From: Guillardia theta CCMP2712
Lineage: Eukaryota > Protista > Cryptophyta
Reading direction: 5' to 3'
Length of the DNA: 46,431 nt
Assembly (NCBI RefSeq): GCF_000315625.1
Contig: NW_005434543.1
Location: forward strand, 1 to 46,431
In this document: positions 35,051 through 46,431 of the stretch, piece by piece
Layout: the number at the start of each line of letters is the position of its first letter
Numbering within the stretch: the first letter of the stretch is position 1
Position numbers and translations under genes: made by a program
The notes under the pieces: model-generated
Database searches by the model: none
What the model was told of the DNA's origin: nothing
Seen by the model: only the letters and a program-made list of their open reading frames with translations

Positions 35051-36765
35051 TCCTTAGTGGTAAAATCTGTTTACCCCTGAAGACAGTACCCATTGTTCTC
35101 ATCCAAAAAATTGAAGTAACATGCATACCGGTCCAATCCTCCTTTGGTTTCAGATGACAATCTAGGTGGGTGTTGCTGAAGGGGGTGGTAGGGGTTGTTT
35201 CTTACATTTGTTTACCACATAATGACTAAGTTTCCGATGAGTCAACCCCACCCATGAGGGAATCGAAGAAGCTGTGTACCGTTGAATGACATCTATTTAA
35301 CATGTCAAGGGGCTGAAATGTTTCAATTGATCCAAAAGAAAAATCGTAGAGGCAAGATGCTTGCCTCTCAGCTGTGAAGGATCTTCGGAATGTCCACCCC
35401 TGACCCCCTGTATTCATACCAGGTACTCTCAACTATACCACCGCCCGAAGTGTACTGCGCACCCTATGTAAATCCCTTGATTTGGGGGGTGTATACACAT
35501 CAACAACTGTAGGTTGCCGTGACTCATTAGTTTGACTTATCCTTTAGTACCAACATTACACACGAGTATTTACTACCAAGTCTTTACAACATGTAAATTA
35601 CTACCCTCAAATTACTACATGTAGCTTACCACAGGTATTTACCATTTACTACATTACAACGCAATTCTATGCTACCCCTACTTTCTACCATTAAGTACCT
35701 ACCTTAGCCCCACAACCGACAGCTTGTTGTAATTTACTTCAGAGGAGGACCTCGTAAGAGGATGCTATGGATACGTCTTTCTTTACAACATGACCTGACA
35801 TGCACTGGTACTAATATGACTACCGACAAGATATACTCAATCATATCACAGTACACTTTTGCAGTACCAGATAATGTGTATCTGATAATTTCAGATAAGT
35901 TCCTGGTACATATCGTGCGCCCTACAAATGACGGGATGCAGGCTGGCTACATCTAGCAAGGGGGAAGAGGACGGCGGTTGCCGCATCAGACCGTCTGCGA
36001 GTCACCATGCTCATATCTCACTATGCTGTAGGGCAGAGCAGGTTCAGGTTCCGTAGTTCCAAGAGGATCGAGATGAGAACCGCTGTGATAGAGGTAGAAG
36101 ACTTATGCGCTGCTCTCCCCGATCGTTCCATTATGTACTTTTGATGGGATGCTGATACTGACGGTTGCAGCTTGAGCAGCTTCAGTGGTGAATTCTACGG
36201 TAAATATGTATCCATACGTGTGTTTAACCTTGTGCAATAGATGGTGATGCTTACGGTAATGTGAGGTTATGCTCAGAAGATCATTTCATCCGCGGATTTC
36301 GGTCATATTGATAAGCTAGCAAGGCTGAAAGGGCTATTGGTAGACTTTTGCTTTGACTACCAGATGTGCTTAGGCCAGTTAATAGCTGTTCGTCCTTCCT
36401 TGTGTGAAGATGTGGTTCGTTGTTCCATGTGTTAGGTTGCGTAGTTGTTGAAAGCCTTGCATTTTGGTATGTGACGCTTAATCATGCCCGAGGGTTGCGC
36501 GTACACGTGAGCGATGCAGTGTCCTTCACTGGCGCATGATGTGTTCTTAGATTGTTGCTTCTTAGGATGCAGAGCATGTGTTTCAGTCTGAAGCAGGTCA
36601 GTGTAAAAGACTGGTCACGTTGGTCTTGGACGTAGTCCTGTGCTGTAACAACTGAGTCCTGTGCTGTAACTCAGTTGTTTCAGTTAGCGCTTATTGTGTC
36701 AACTAAGAAGGTGTTCACCTATCGCGATCAAAGAATAAACTCGATTTATTCCACATGCCTCAGCC

Positions 36766-38343
36766 TCAATCTACTTTCTTGTCCTTACCCTCACCTGTTA
36801 TTGTGCCGGACTGACGAGCGGCCATGGCATGGCTTCGCTTGTCAACCAGCCCGTGGTCTTGCTCGTCGTCATCCTCAAGAGTGTGCGCACCTGCAGCAGG
36901 AGGCTGGTGAGATTCTAAGACGCCCAGGAGCTGTTTAGAAGGCGAGATGCGGGGAAAAGAGAGTATGGATGGAGGGAATGGATGAGGTGGAATGGAGTCT
37001 ATCAAAGACAACGATGAACCGATTGTTCCTCACCTGCCCTCTTTGAGATGTTCTGATCAGCCGTCTGGGAGGTGAGGACCTGCGAAGAAACTTTACAAAC
37101 CTTCGACCAGTGCCCTCTTATCCTCAAACCGTTGTGTCGTCATAGTCAGATTCGATTGGCCTGAGGTAGTTCTCATCAATATCCGCCATTGCTCCCCCCC
37201 CCCCACCCTCCCCTCCTCCCTTGTGCTCACCTGTAGCTCAACGAAGGAGGCGGAGAAGTTTGGACAGGTGTCATCTCCTTTCCCTGTAGGTTGCATGGTG
37301 ACGAGGTTGCACGTGGGACAGGACATCAAACATCATGTAGATCAGAGTGAAGTTGGTCGACATGAAGGGCAGACCTGTAGTTTGCTCATGAACTGATTCA
37401 TCTTCGACTTGGCCGTCACACCCATCGTGCCAATCTTCTTCTTGAGGTCCTGTCAACACGTCTGAGCAACCCTGAAAACCGCTCCCTACTCGTCCCCGTT
37501 CCCCTAGGCTCCCTTTCCTCTACCCCTTGTCATCCCCCACCTCCTTTCTACTCCTTTCATCTTCCTTCCAATGTTCCCATCCTCTTCAACCCTATCCGTC
37601 TCCTTCACTTCAATACCCCCTCCCCTCCCCTGCCTTTCTCTGCCCATCTCTCCTCCTCCATAGCGTCACCTCAGTCTTGAACCCGAACAAGTTCTCGAAG
37701 CTCATGTCGCTTGTCCCTTGCGGCGGAGCGCTCCTTCCTATCGACTCCTCACCGTCTGCTTCTCAACGTACAACCTCACCTGATGTTGCTGGTGGCCCAG
37801 CCTCTCGGCGTTGACTGGCCCCGTCCTGCCTTCGGGCCATCTCCTCCACTCCCTGGAGGTACAGCGAGTCCTGCAGCCTCCTTGCGAGAGCCTCGTCCTC
37901 CAAGCACTGCTCGTCGCTGTTCTGACCGCTGGACTTCATGTACCGTGCCAGCGTGAGGAAGTCATCGGAAGGAGGAGGAAAAGTCTCCGTCTCGTCCGAG
38001 AATCGGTTCTGCCTCGCGCAATCGGGCGAGAACTGAACGTGTCTTCCATCTTCCTGCTTCACCTTGGGAGGAGCAGCGGACGAGCTCCATGCTTGACTGT
38101 CTCCAGCGTCTCTCCCCGGGGCCTGCAAAGCCTGCGGCTCCTGCAAATGTTGCTGTGAGAATGGAGGAAACGTCCCTGTGTAGTGCTCACCGCTCCTGCT
38201 TCGCTGAAGATGGAAAGGAGAGACTCTACGGCCTGCTCGACATTCCCGTTCGTCTGCTGCAGAATGTCTTGGATCGCATCGTCGTCGAGGGCAGGGAACA
38301 TTGCCTTCAGGCTCTGTTTCGCTTCTGCCAATGACATCGACAT
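36766..38343 (-). CDS. CUE-domain ubiquitin-binding protein (CUE5/CUEDC1-like)
   Basis: N-terminal LKAMFPALDDDAIQDILQQTNGNVEQAVESLL carries the CUE MFP...LL signature. It is followed by DFL, EDEALARRLQ and a later helix DLKKKIGTMGVTAKSKMNQFMSKLQ, ending GKDKKVD*. Confidence 0.85.
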
Positions 38344-38807
38344 CGTCTCTACTCGATAGACAAGTCAGACATCGCTACTGCCGGGTGATCATTGACGTCA
38401 TGCAGTCTCCTACATCATACATCTTCCATCCTCTAAATTCCTCAGACCTCATACATACTTGTACCACCTCTATAGATGTTTGCTGTGGCAGCAAAAGAGA
38501 TGACAGAGGAGTCAAAATGATCACAGCTAACTTCGAACACATAGTATGCAAGCAAGGCTGTATCTTAACTACACTTCCCCTTCCTCTCTCTCCCTCCCTC
38601 CCTCCCTCTCCTCCTCCTCCCCCCTTCACCCTCCCAGGCACTTTGTCTGCCATTGCCTTGTCTTTCGCGCAATTTGGTCTGAAAAATGAGGTCACAGGTT
38701 GCCTCTACACTAGCAGCACCGAGCCCACAACTAACAATCCTGTAGCGACCTGCTTCCCTGCCTGCTTCCCTGCCTGCTTCCCTGCTGCTTCCTGCCTGCT
38801 TCTCGTT

Positions 38808-38881
<74 letters not shown>

Positions 38882-39277
38882 CCTGATCTTCTGCTCCTGC
38901 TCCTCATACTCCATCGGCTTGATTGTTCCCATACCCGGACACTGCCCCCCCCCCCCCCCAATCATGGATTAGTTCAAACCATCTGGCGCCACCTACTTGG
39001 TTTTCTGCGATTACATGCGCAGCTACCATCNNNNNNNNNNNNNNNNNNNNNNNNNNNNNNNNNNNNNNNNNNNNNNNNNNNNNNNNNNNNNNNNNNNNNN
39101 NNNNNNNNNNNNNNNNNNNNNNNNNNNNNNNNNNNNNNNNNNNNNNNNNNNNNNNNNNNNNNNNNNNNNNNNNNNNNNNNNNNNNNNNNNNNNNNNNNNN
39201 NNNNNNNNNNNNNNNNNNNNNNNNNNNNNNNNNNNNNNNNNNNNNNNNNNNNNNNNNNNNNNNNNNNNNNNNNNNNN

Positions 39278-41950
39278 TCAGGGTCCTACCGGGTAGCCTA
39301 TAGGACTTTCCTTCCTTCCCTCCTCCCTCTCATCGGTACCTTGGCGCTGCAAGGGAGGCTCCATCTCATCAGCCCGAGACGTTGCATCGGACGAGCTGCG
39401 GTCAGTCCAGTGATGTCTGCCAGCTCCGAGATGCCGGGAGGGTCAAAGGTTCAAGTTTCGCACAGGACGAGAGGAGGAGGAGGAGGAGGAGGAGGAGGAA
39501 AGCTGCGCAGGGCAGCAGCATCCGCAGACCATGAAGGGTTCAGGCTGATGATCAAGGATCTATCAGCAGCTCAACTCGACGACTGCTGCGATGCTTCAGG
39601 GAAGAACCCGCTGCATCATGCCGCATGGCGGGGACACATTGACAGCGTTCGCCTGCTGCTGCAGAAAGGGATGGACGTGAACCGCTGGTCAACGGGCGTG
39701 CACAACTACGGAAAGACCGCCATCTTCTATGCTCTCACGCGATCGCGGGGGGAGGTTGTGGAGGTGCTGCTGGAGCACAGAGCGAGGGTGAGGATTGTAA
39801 ACAACAAGGGGCAGACCCCCAGGTCGATCGCTTCCAGCCATTTGGAAGACAAATATGTGGAGATGATCAGCAGGCGGGAGGAGGAGGAGGAGGAGGCGGG
39901 GCAGGAGGCGGGGCAGGAGGCGAGAGATTGGACAGGAGGGAGGTGGTCAGGATGGAAGAACTTTCGAGAAACTCACTCGGATGGGGTAGAGTACGGAGAC
40001 ATCGACCCTAGGTTCTTCTCCCCTTGCAATGTCCACTCGCAGACCAAGTTTGCTATCAACCCGACGACTGTGGAGAGCAGGAGGAAGAGGAGAGATGATT
40101 TGCGGAGCAGGAGAATGAGGGAGGACATTAGCGAGAACAGCTGTGGAGAGGAAGGAGGAGCGAGAGGAAGCGGCGGCGATGACGCACAGATTTCTCTTTC
40201 ATTCCCTGTGAAGAGCTTGATCGAGACGTGCGCGCAGAGGATTGTTGAGCACATCAAAGGATCCGCAGATGTGATTAATGTAGATGTGATGATCCTGTTG
40301 AGAGAGATTGATCTTCTTATCTCGGTTTCAATGATGGAGAGGAATCAAAGCTCATGGGTGAAACGACTGTCAGGCATCTTAGCGTTGCAGCTCCGACCTA
40401 TCGGCCAACCAAGAGCGCAATGTGCGGATAGACGTGGGGAGGACGAAGACGGGAGTGAAGATGCAGCGATACGAGGACATGATCGAGACGTTCTGAAGGA
40501 GTGGTACAAGGTTGCGAAGCAACAAGAGGCTCTAGTTGAAGAGAGCACGCTGCTGCACACGTTGAATCTCACAGATCACGACGCGTCGATCATCATGAAA
40601 AACGTGCAAAACTGCCGTGTGAAGCAATTGCGAGTTAGGCTCATGAAGAATATCATGCTCGCTCTGTCTTGCAATCTCCCGCAGATCGACGCGCAAGGAA
40701 CAGAATCCAAGAAAGAGAACAAAGTGAAAGATGCGGTAGTGGAGGAGGATGAAGGAGATATACCGTTTCTATCTTCATCCTACTTACCTTCCTCCGTTCC
40801 AGCGCTCTTCACAGCAGGGCCTACAGTCTCAAGGCCGGCTCCTCCTCTTTCTCCTTTCTCCCTGCCGATCGAGCGCGTCCGGTGGGTCAACGACAGTGAA
40901 GGTCTGGAGAAAATCAAACAGACGATGCAGAATCTTATGTCCAGCACTGGGGTGAGACTTGTTCTGTGTAATTCATTCTTTCTGTGAGCTCGAGAACATG
41001 TTTCATGTTTGTGTTTGAGATCATGTTTTATTGAGAAACACACACGTGAAAGATATTTGTCGTGTATAAACACATGTGATATCCTTCAAAACCACATAAG
41101 ATATCCTTCACAAATATGTGTGATTTTCTTCACAACCACGTGATTGCATTCTAACACACACANNNNNNNNNNNNNNNNNNNNNNNNNNNNNNNNNNNNNN
41201 NNNNNNNNNNNNNNNNNNNNNNNNNNNNNNNNNNNNNNNNNNNNNNNNNNNNNNNNNNNNNNNNNNNNNNNNNNNNNNNNNNNNNNNNNNNNNNNNNNNN
41301 NNNNNNNNNNNNNNNNNNNNNNNNNNNNNNNNNNNNNNNNNNNNNNNNNNNNNNNNNNNNNNNNNNNNNNNNNNNNNNNNNNNNNNNNNNNNNNNNNNNN
41401 NNNNNNNNNNNNNNNNNNNNNNNNNNNNNNNNNNNNNNNNNNNNNNNNNNNNNNNNNNNNNNNNNNNNNNNNNNNNNNNNNNNNNNNNNNNNNNNNNNNN
41501 NNNNNNNNNNNNNNNNNNNNNNNNNNNNNNNNNNNNNNNNNNNNNNNNNNNNNNNNNNNNNNNNNNNNNNNNNNNNNNNNNNNNNNNNNNNNNNNNNCCT
41601 CCTCTCTCCTCTCTCCTCTCTCCTCTCTCCTCCTCTCCTCTCTCTTTCCTCGTCTTCCCTCCTCCTCCTACCTCCTCCTCCTCCTCCTCCTCCTCCTCCT
41701 CCTCCTCTCCCTCCTCCTCCTCCTCTCCCTCCTCCTCCTCCTCTCCTTCCTCCTCCTCTCCCTCCATCATCGCCTAATGTCTTCCTTCCTGGCAGGCACA
41801 TCGTTCCTGACTTGTCTCTCAGCACAGCGCGAGTGCTCGACCTTCAGCAGCTCAGCATCGCATGCGGCATCGGACGCACGAGCCGTCCTCCCTCTCTCCG
41901 ACTTGTGTACGAGAGGTGCTTGACCCCTCTCCTACTTCCGTTTTCTCTCT

Positions 41951-41994
<44 letters not shown>

Positions 41995-42371
41995 CCATTT
42001 CCTTCTTGGTGCTTCTCAGCAAGCTCCTCCATCCTACTCACCAGTCTCTCCTTCCCGAAATTCTTTCAGTCTCCCCTCCCTTCCCTTCCTCCCCTCAGTC
42101 CCTTCCCTTCCTCATATCTGCACGCCTCTCTTCCGCGCCATTGAGAGCTCGCAGGCTCTTCCAAGGACGCACCATCGACAAGGCCCAGCAGTGCTCCGAC
42201 TGGTCCGCGAGGCCCCTGCAGGAGGAGCAGGTGAGGTACGCGGCAGCCGACGCTCTTGTCCTCCTCCACATCCACCGGCACATCCGAGTCAGCGCGGCCG
42301 CGCGGCCTGCACTGTCAGCAGTTGAACTGTCGGAGACCGTAGGCTCTGGCAGTCACCCTCTGGTAGAATAA
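39278..42371 (+). CDS. Ankyrin-repeat + DEDDy 3'-5' exonuclease (RNase D/WRN-exo/EXD3-MUT-7-like) fusion; start and Exo I motif probably in gaps
   Basis: Ankyrin repeats: GKNPLHHAAWRGHIDSVRLLLQKGMDVN, GKTAIFYA and NNKGQTP. After the gap come VLDLQ...SLRLVYER and IDKAQQCSDWSARPLQEEQVRYAAADALVLLHI (Exo III YxxxD). The frame is open back to the gap edge at 39278. Joining across the 41163-41597 gap is inferred. Confidence 0.8.
41163..41597. other. Assembly gap (others at 20608-20707, 24121-24220, 25651-25750, 39031-39277)
   Basis: Runs of N, several flanked by microsatellite or low-complexity sequence. Confidence 1.
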
Positions 42372-42374
42372 AAG

Positions 42375-42680
42375 TACGGCCCCCGTATACTTCCGAAGTT
42401 CGCCGTCCGGGAAACGTGGCCGGGCCGCGGGCCCCGCCGGGTCGGACCCGGGCCCGGGCTGCCTCGGCGATCGGAGGCCGAGACTGAGCCTGACTCGCGG
42501 CCGAACGGTACCTTTGATCGGACTCCGAGCGGCTGTGATGCGGCGCGGCACTGACGGCCGGGGCGAGCGGCGCACTGAGTGACTGAGTGTCGGACTCGGA
42601 CTCAGACCGGCCCGGGGTTTACTAACGGTTAACCCGGCCGCTTTAAAACGGCGGGATGTAATGGTCGGCCATCATTCTGG
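42375..42680. promoter_or_regulatory. CCGG/GACT-rich intergenic island 4
   Basis: Same vocabulary (GACTGAG, GGACTCGGACTCAG, CCCGGG). Starts just after the stop at 42371 and is followed by an AT-rich block, then a GGGGT tract. Confidence 0.55.
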
Positions 42681-43483
42681 TCAACAGTTTTGACTGAACT
42701 TTTGACCCCTGCGAACCAGTTAAATCTCAGAGGCTCCAAAAATATTCAGTTTGCTTTCAGATTTTGAATTGTGATAGGAAAAATTCAAAAATTCAGATCC
42801 AGAAACTCCAAGGAATATGAAGAGGGCAACCCAATCTTTTTTTGAGCCAAAAAGTGCATCTAATGTCTTTTTTAAAAAAAACTTGGTACAAAATGCTAAA
42901 ACATGTTTTATAAAGTGTACCATATCCTCAGATTGCTCGTACTGCCGTATTGACGGGTGATTGATCTGACGGGGGTCACAATCCCATGGGGTAGTTGGCA
43001 GTCAGAGTCGGGGTGGGGGTGGGAAAGATCGATGGAACCCCCATGAGGATCATAGGGGTGATTGTGTATCTTTGAGGGGGTGGTATGTACCACAGTTGTA
43101 TTTGAAGGAATCAGACGGGGTGGTAGGGTGATGTCACGGTCCGGACAAGGGATATGGAGGAGGAAGGGTGGGGTTATAAGTCGGTAACAGGGGGGTGGGG
43201 GTGTCGAAGAGTCCTCAAAATAAATATCTTGGGGTGGGGTGGGGCGAAGTGAAGGGGAAGGGAAAGCAACCCAGCAGTACGGATACGGTCACGCAACGCG
43301 AGGAGGTGACAAGGAGGAGAGGGACGGAGAGGAAGAGAGGGAAAGACAAGACAGTCGGTTGTACAGGACAGAGCGGACAGGGGAGAAGAGAGGAGAATAC
43401 ATGGCAGTGAAGCGGCATTGACATCCAAACGTGCAAGCAGGACTTCCGAAATTGTACTCCACTCTACCTCAACTGCAACTGCC

Positions 43484-44029
43484 ATGTCAAACAGTGTCAC
43501 GTCGTCGAATAGCGATTCATCTCGGCAGGATAGCAGCTACTCGTCCCACAGGAGATCAAGGGGTCCCACCAAAGCTGATCAATACTTCTTCGTAGAGCTT
43601 TCGAAGGCCATAGGACCCGCGAAATGCAGAGATGTCTTGGATGTACACGAAGGGTGGGACTGCAGCAATGAGATGGAATCACCCTCGTCTTATCAGTCGT
43701 CTGTTCCCCCGCATATCACACTGGAGAACTTGACAGACTCTTCGCTTGCGTTCGGTCCTGAAGACTGCATCTGGCTCAAAATCCTCGACTTCTGCATGCT
43801 GATATTCAACTCAATCATGGGCTGGTTTAGATTCCTGGGCAGGCAGCTTGTTTGGAAGCGCGTCTCGAGTGAACCATCCAAGAACGAGGCAGTACAAATG
43901 CCGAAGAACCCGCACATCGCGCGTCGGAGGACATCGTCGATCTACGGGCGCCTCCTGCAGAGTATTGGAAGCGAGAACTATGGGCTCTTGTACACCGATG
44001 CCGCGCACCTGGTGATGAAGGAGTCATAG
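43484..44029 (+). CDS. Hypothetical protein, single exon, Ser-rich N-terminus and one hydrophobic/amphipathic segment
   Basis: A ~180-aa non-repetitive ORF with host-like codon usage, downstream of a GGGGT tract. No family recognised. Confidence 0.5.
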   Translation: MSNSVTSSNSDSSRQDSSYSSHRRSRGPTKADQYFFVELSKAIGPAKCRDVLDVHEGWDCSNEMESPSSYQSSVPPHITLENLTDSSLAFGPEDCIWLKILDFCMLIFNSIMGWFRFLGRQLVWKRVSSEPSKNEAVQMPKNPHIARRRTSSIYGRLLQSIGSENYGLLYTDAAHLVMKES

Positions 44030-44559
44030 CTCATGCTGCTGTTCCCCCTACAAGTCAAGTCGCCATCGGATCCTAGTCCGTGAAGTTCTTGCATGGAATC
44101 AGTACATGCTCGTCTCGCCTCTGCGCTGTCGCCTTTCTCAGCTGAAAGGGGATCCCTGAATACCAGATGGCCGGATCGAGATGGCGAGATCGAGTGGGAT
44201 GTAGGCTGCACGATCTGATACCGTCCTGGCAACCATCGCCGAGTCAGATAGAGTCTGTTGTCTCCATGGTCACGGTGACCAGCTAGTCCAGCTGGGCTGC
44301 GACAATCTTGATGCGAAACGAAAGGCACAGGAAAGCATCTGAAACACTTGATGTGCAGTTTCATTGTCCGAAGACTCAGCCGGCGAGCCTCTCCTGGATG
44401 CCGCTGGCACGTTCCGAAAGTTCTGGCGGCCGGGATACAACATGATACTTGCTGAGAAGACTCCCACAGCCGCCGCATGTGACGACACCATCGGACTCCG
44501 ACGTTACCGGGTACGTTCTAAGTCGGGGGACGTTCAACGATCCAATAAAGTTGAACGGT

Positions 44560-44990
44560 TTGCAGTAAAGGTCATTGTCAGTCACGGTGGCACCAGCCTA
44601 CGGTCCGACAGTGGGTCGCATGCCAGCCGCCGGCACTGTGACTGACTCTGAGGCCGGGCCGGGCAGCGGCCCGCCGCGGGCCGGGCCACTCAGCCGATAG
44701 TACGGGTAGAGCCCTGCGAGATCTTTCAAGGTTGGAACCGTCACCCGAAGTTGAAGCTTGCCGCAAGTTGAATGGCAGGCTAAGGAATACCGTCGTATGA
44801 TACTCCAAGGGCCCTCACCTGCCAGGCTGGCAAACGTTGTTTGCGGCCGGGCGGCGGGCCGCGCCGGGCCCAACCGGTGACCGCGGCGGCAGTGCCGGTT
44901 GACTCACCCAGCCTTCCGAAGTTCAAGTTCGGAACTTCCGGGCCCCAGACCGGGCACTATGTGACAGTGACGGGGACGAGGGGGGCCTCT
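44560..44990. promoter_or_regulatory. CCGG/GACT-rich intergenic island 5
   Basis: Same vocabulary (CACTGTGACTGACTC, GGCCGGGCC). Lies directly upstream of the ATG at 45015. Confidence 0.5.
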
Positions 44991-45014
44991 TAAGGTATAA
45001 AGGACAAAGACGCG

Positions 45015-46431
45015 ATGGTGACGAAAGCGCGAGGGTTGCTGCTGCTGCTCGCCATGGCAGGCGCTCAGGGGATGAAGAGGAGCGGGAAGATGATCATGCC
45101 GGCATGGACGGGCCTTGCTCCCTCCTCCCTCCTCCTCAAGGGATCCCCCTTCCCCTCCTCCTCGAAGAATCCCACCTCGCTTCGGAGCGTGGCCTGCCCT
45201 GTCCCTGCCAGGCAAGGGATGGCGGAGAGTGGAATGCGCATGCAGAGCTCACCAAGCGGCATGGAGGAGGGAGGAAAGTTCAATGCTCAGCGCTTCTACG
45301 TCCGACCGGACAAGCTCAAGGACGTGATGACTGCTGCGTTCGCTTCGGTTCTTAGGTGCCAAGTGCTTCTGCTGCATGTGCTGGTTCTGCTCTTTCTTCT
45401 ATCACAATATGATATCTGCAACCAAGTTTGTCTCCTGTTCCATCATCACTATCACTGTCAGTCACCACCACCACCAACAACAACAACAACAACTCTATCA
45501 GCATCTCCATCAACATTTCCACCTCCCTCATCTTCTCGATCTCCATCTCCATAAACATCATCATCATGTTCTCCAACTGGAATCCTCTTCCCATCACATC
45601 CTGATCTCCTTCTCCTCCCCTCATTCACCGGCAGGTTCGGCTCAGGAGCCTTTGCGAGCGGCTACAGCATCGGCATCAAGAAGGACGTCCCCTCCTCCTA
45701 CTCCGTCTTCCGCTTCGGAGGCTTCATGGTATCTGAGGAGAGCGCAACTAGTAGTTTTCCCCGTCCTGCCCTTCCCCTCCAGATCTACGAGTTTGAGTCC
45801 TGCCCCTTCTGCCGCAAGGTCAGGGAGGCAGTCGCTATCCTCGACCTCGACGTCGAGTTCCTCCCCTGCCCTAAGGGAGGAGGAGTATACCGGGCGCAGG
45901 TGCAGGAGATGGGGGGGAAGCAGCAGTTTCCCTTCCTCGTCGACCCCAACACAGGCACCAAGATGTACGAAAGCGACGACATCGTAGATTATCTCTTCCG
46001 TAACTACGGGGATGGACTCGTGCCCTGGACCCTCCGTGGGCCTCTGGTAGCCGCCTCACCTTTCCTTTTCCTCTCCTCCCCTCCCCTCCCCTCCCCTCCC
46101 CTCTCCTCTCCTCTCCTCTCCTCTCCTCTCCTCTCCTCTCCCCTCCTGTCCTCTCCTCTCTTTCTCACTTGGCATTTTCTCTGCAGGCGACAGTCACAGC
46201 CGGTCTCGGTCTACTTCCCAGCAACATCCTTCGACCGGGTGGCTACAAGGCCGCCAAGAAGGCAGACAAGCCGCTCACGGTGAGTTTCTCCTCCTCCACT
46301 TCCTTCTCCTCCTTCTCCTCCTCCTCCACCACCTCCTCCTCCTCCTCCTCCTCCTCCTCCACCACCACCACCTCCTCCTCCTCCTCCTCCTCTTCCTCCT
46401 GCTCCTCCCCTCCTCCGTCGCAACCCTCCGT
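45015..46431 (+). CDS. Plastid-type thioredoxin-fold GST-N domain protein (tandem GST_N family, Arabidopsis At5g03880-like), 3' end outside the window
   Basis: Signal peptide (MVTKARGLLLLLAMAGAQG) plus an S/P-rich transit-like region. Then RFYVRPDKL...LR|FGSGAFASGY and PLQIYEFESCPFCRKVREAVAILDLDVEFLPCPKGG...GGKQQFPFLVDPNTGTKMYESDDIVDYLFRNYG, with a CPFC site. Confidence 0.88.

Noticed and set aside
37230-37375. Minus-strand frame VCPSCRPTSL*ST*CLMSCPTCNLV, which looks like a CxxC...CxxC zinc ribbon with two in-frame TGA codons (selenoprotein or readthrough?)
   Set aside because: The CxxC segment lies inside a GT-AG intron of the CUE gene (SKLQ|GKEMTPVQ splices in frame), so the pattern is most likely coincidental.
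44996-45001. TATAAA box before the GST-N gene
   Set aside because: It is only about 14 nt upstream of the ATG, too close for a canonical TATA-to-TSS distance unless a later ATG is used.

Overview
Eukaryotic nuclear DNA, gene-dense and intron-rich. Introns are either short (~40-75 nt) or expanded by polypurine/polypyrimidine microsatellites, and there are five N gaps. Gene content and style (flagellar genes, bipartite plastid-type presequences, PDZ proteins) suggest a flagellated alga with a red-derived complex plastid, most likely a cryptophyte; this is inference, not a database match. I spliced the exons by eye and support about 15 protein genes: an APC/polyamine transporter (3' part), a CDPK-like kinase fused to a cyclic-nucleotide-binding domain, a TPR protein, a PDZ protein, a TSNAXIP1-like protein, two lineage-specific membrane/secreted proteins, a polycystin-2/TRPP-like channel, DRC2/CCDC65, an uncharacterised 'LYSDDNP' protein with a PIP-box-like tail, a CENP-B-type HTH protein lacking the DDE domain, a CUE protein, an ankyrin + DEDDy exonuclease fusion, one unknown ORF and a plastid GST-N/thioredoxin-like protein. 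Most ORFs in the supplied track are microsatellite read-throughs. The most notable observations are: (i) five recurrent CCGG/GACT-rich non-coding islands, each at a co-directional gene junction and mostly paired with a GGGGT/ACCCC tract; (ii) a signal-peptide-bearing Ca2+/cNMP kinase whose presequence carries two ubiquitin-C-terminus-like LRGG motifs. Exon boundaries are manual and approximate.
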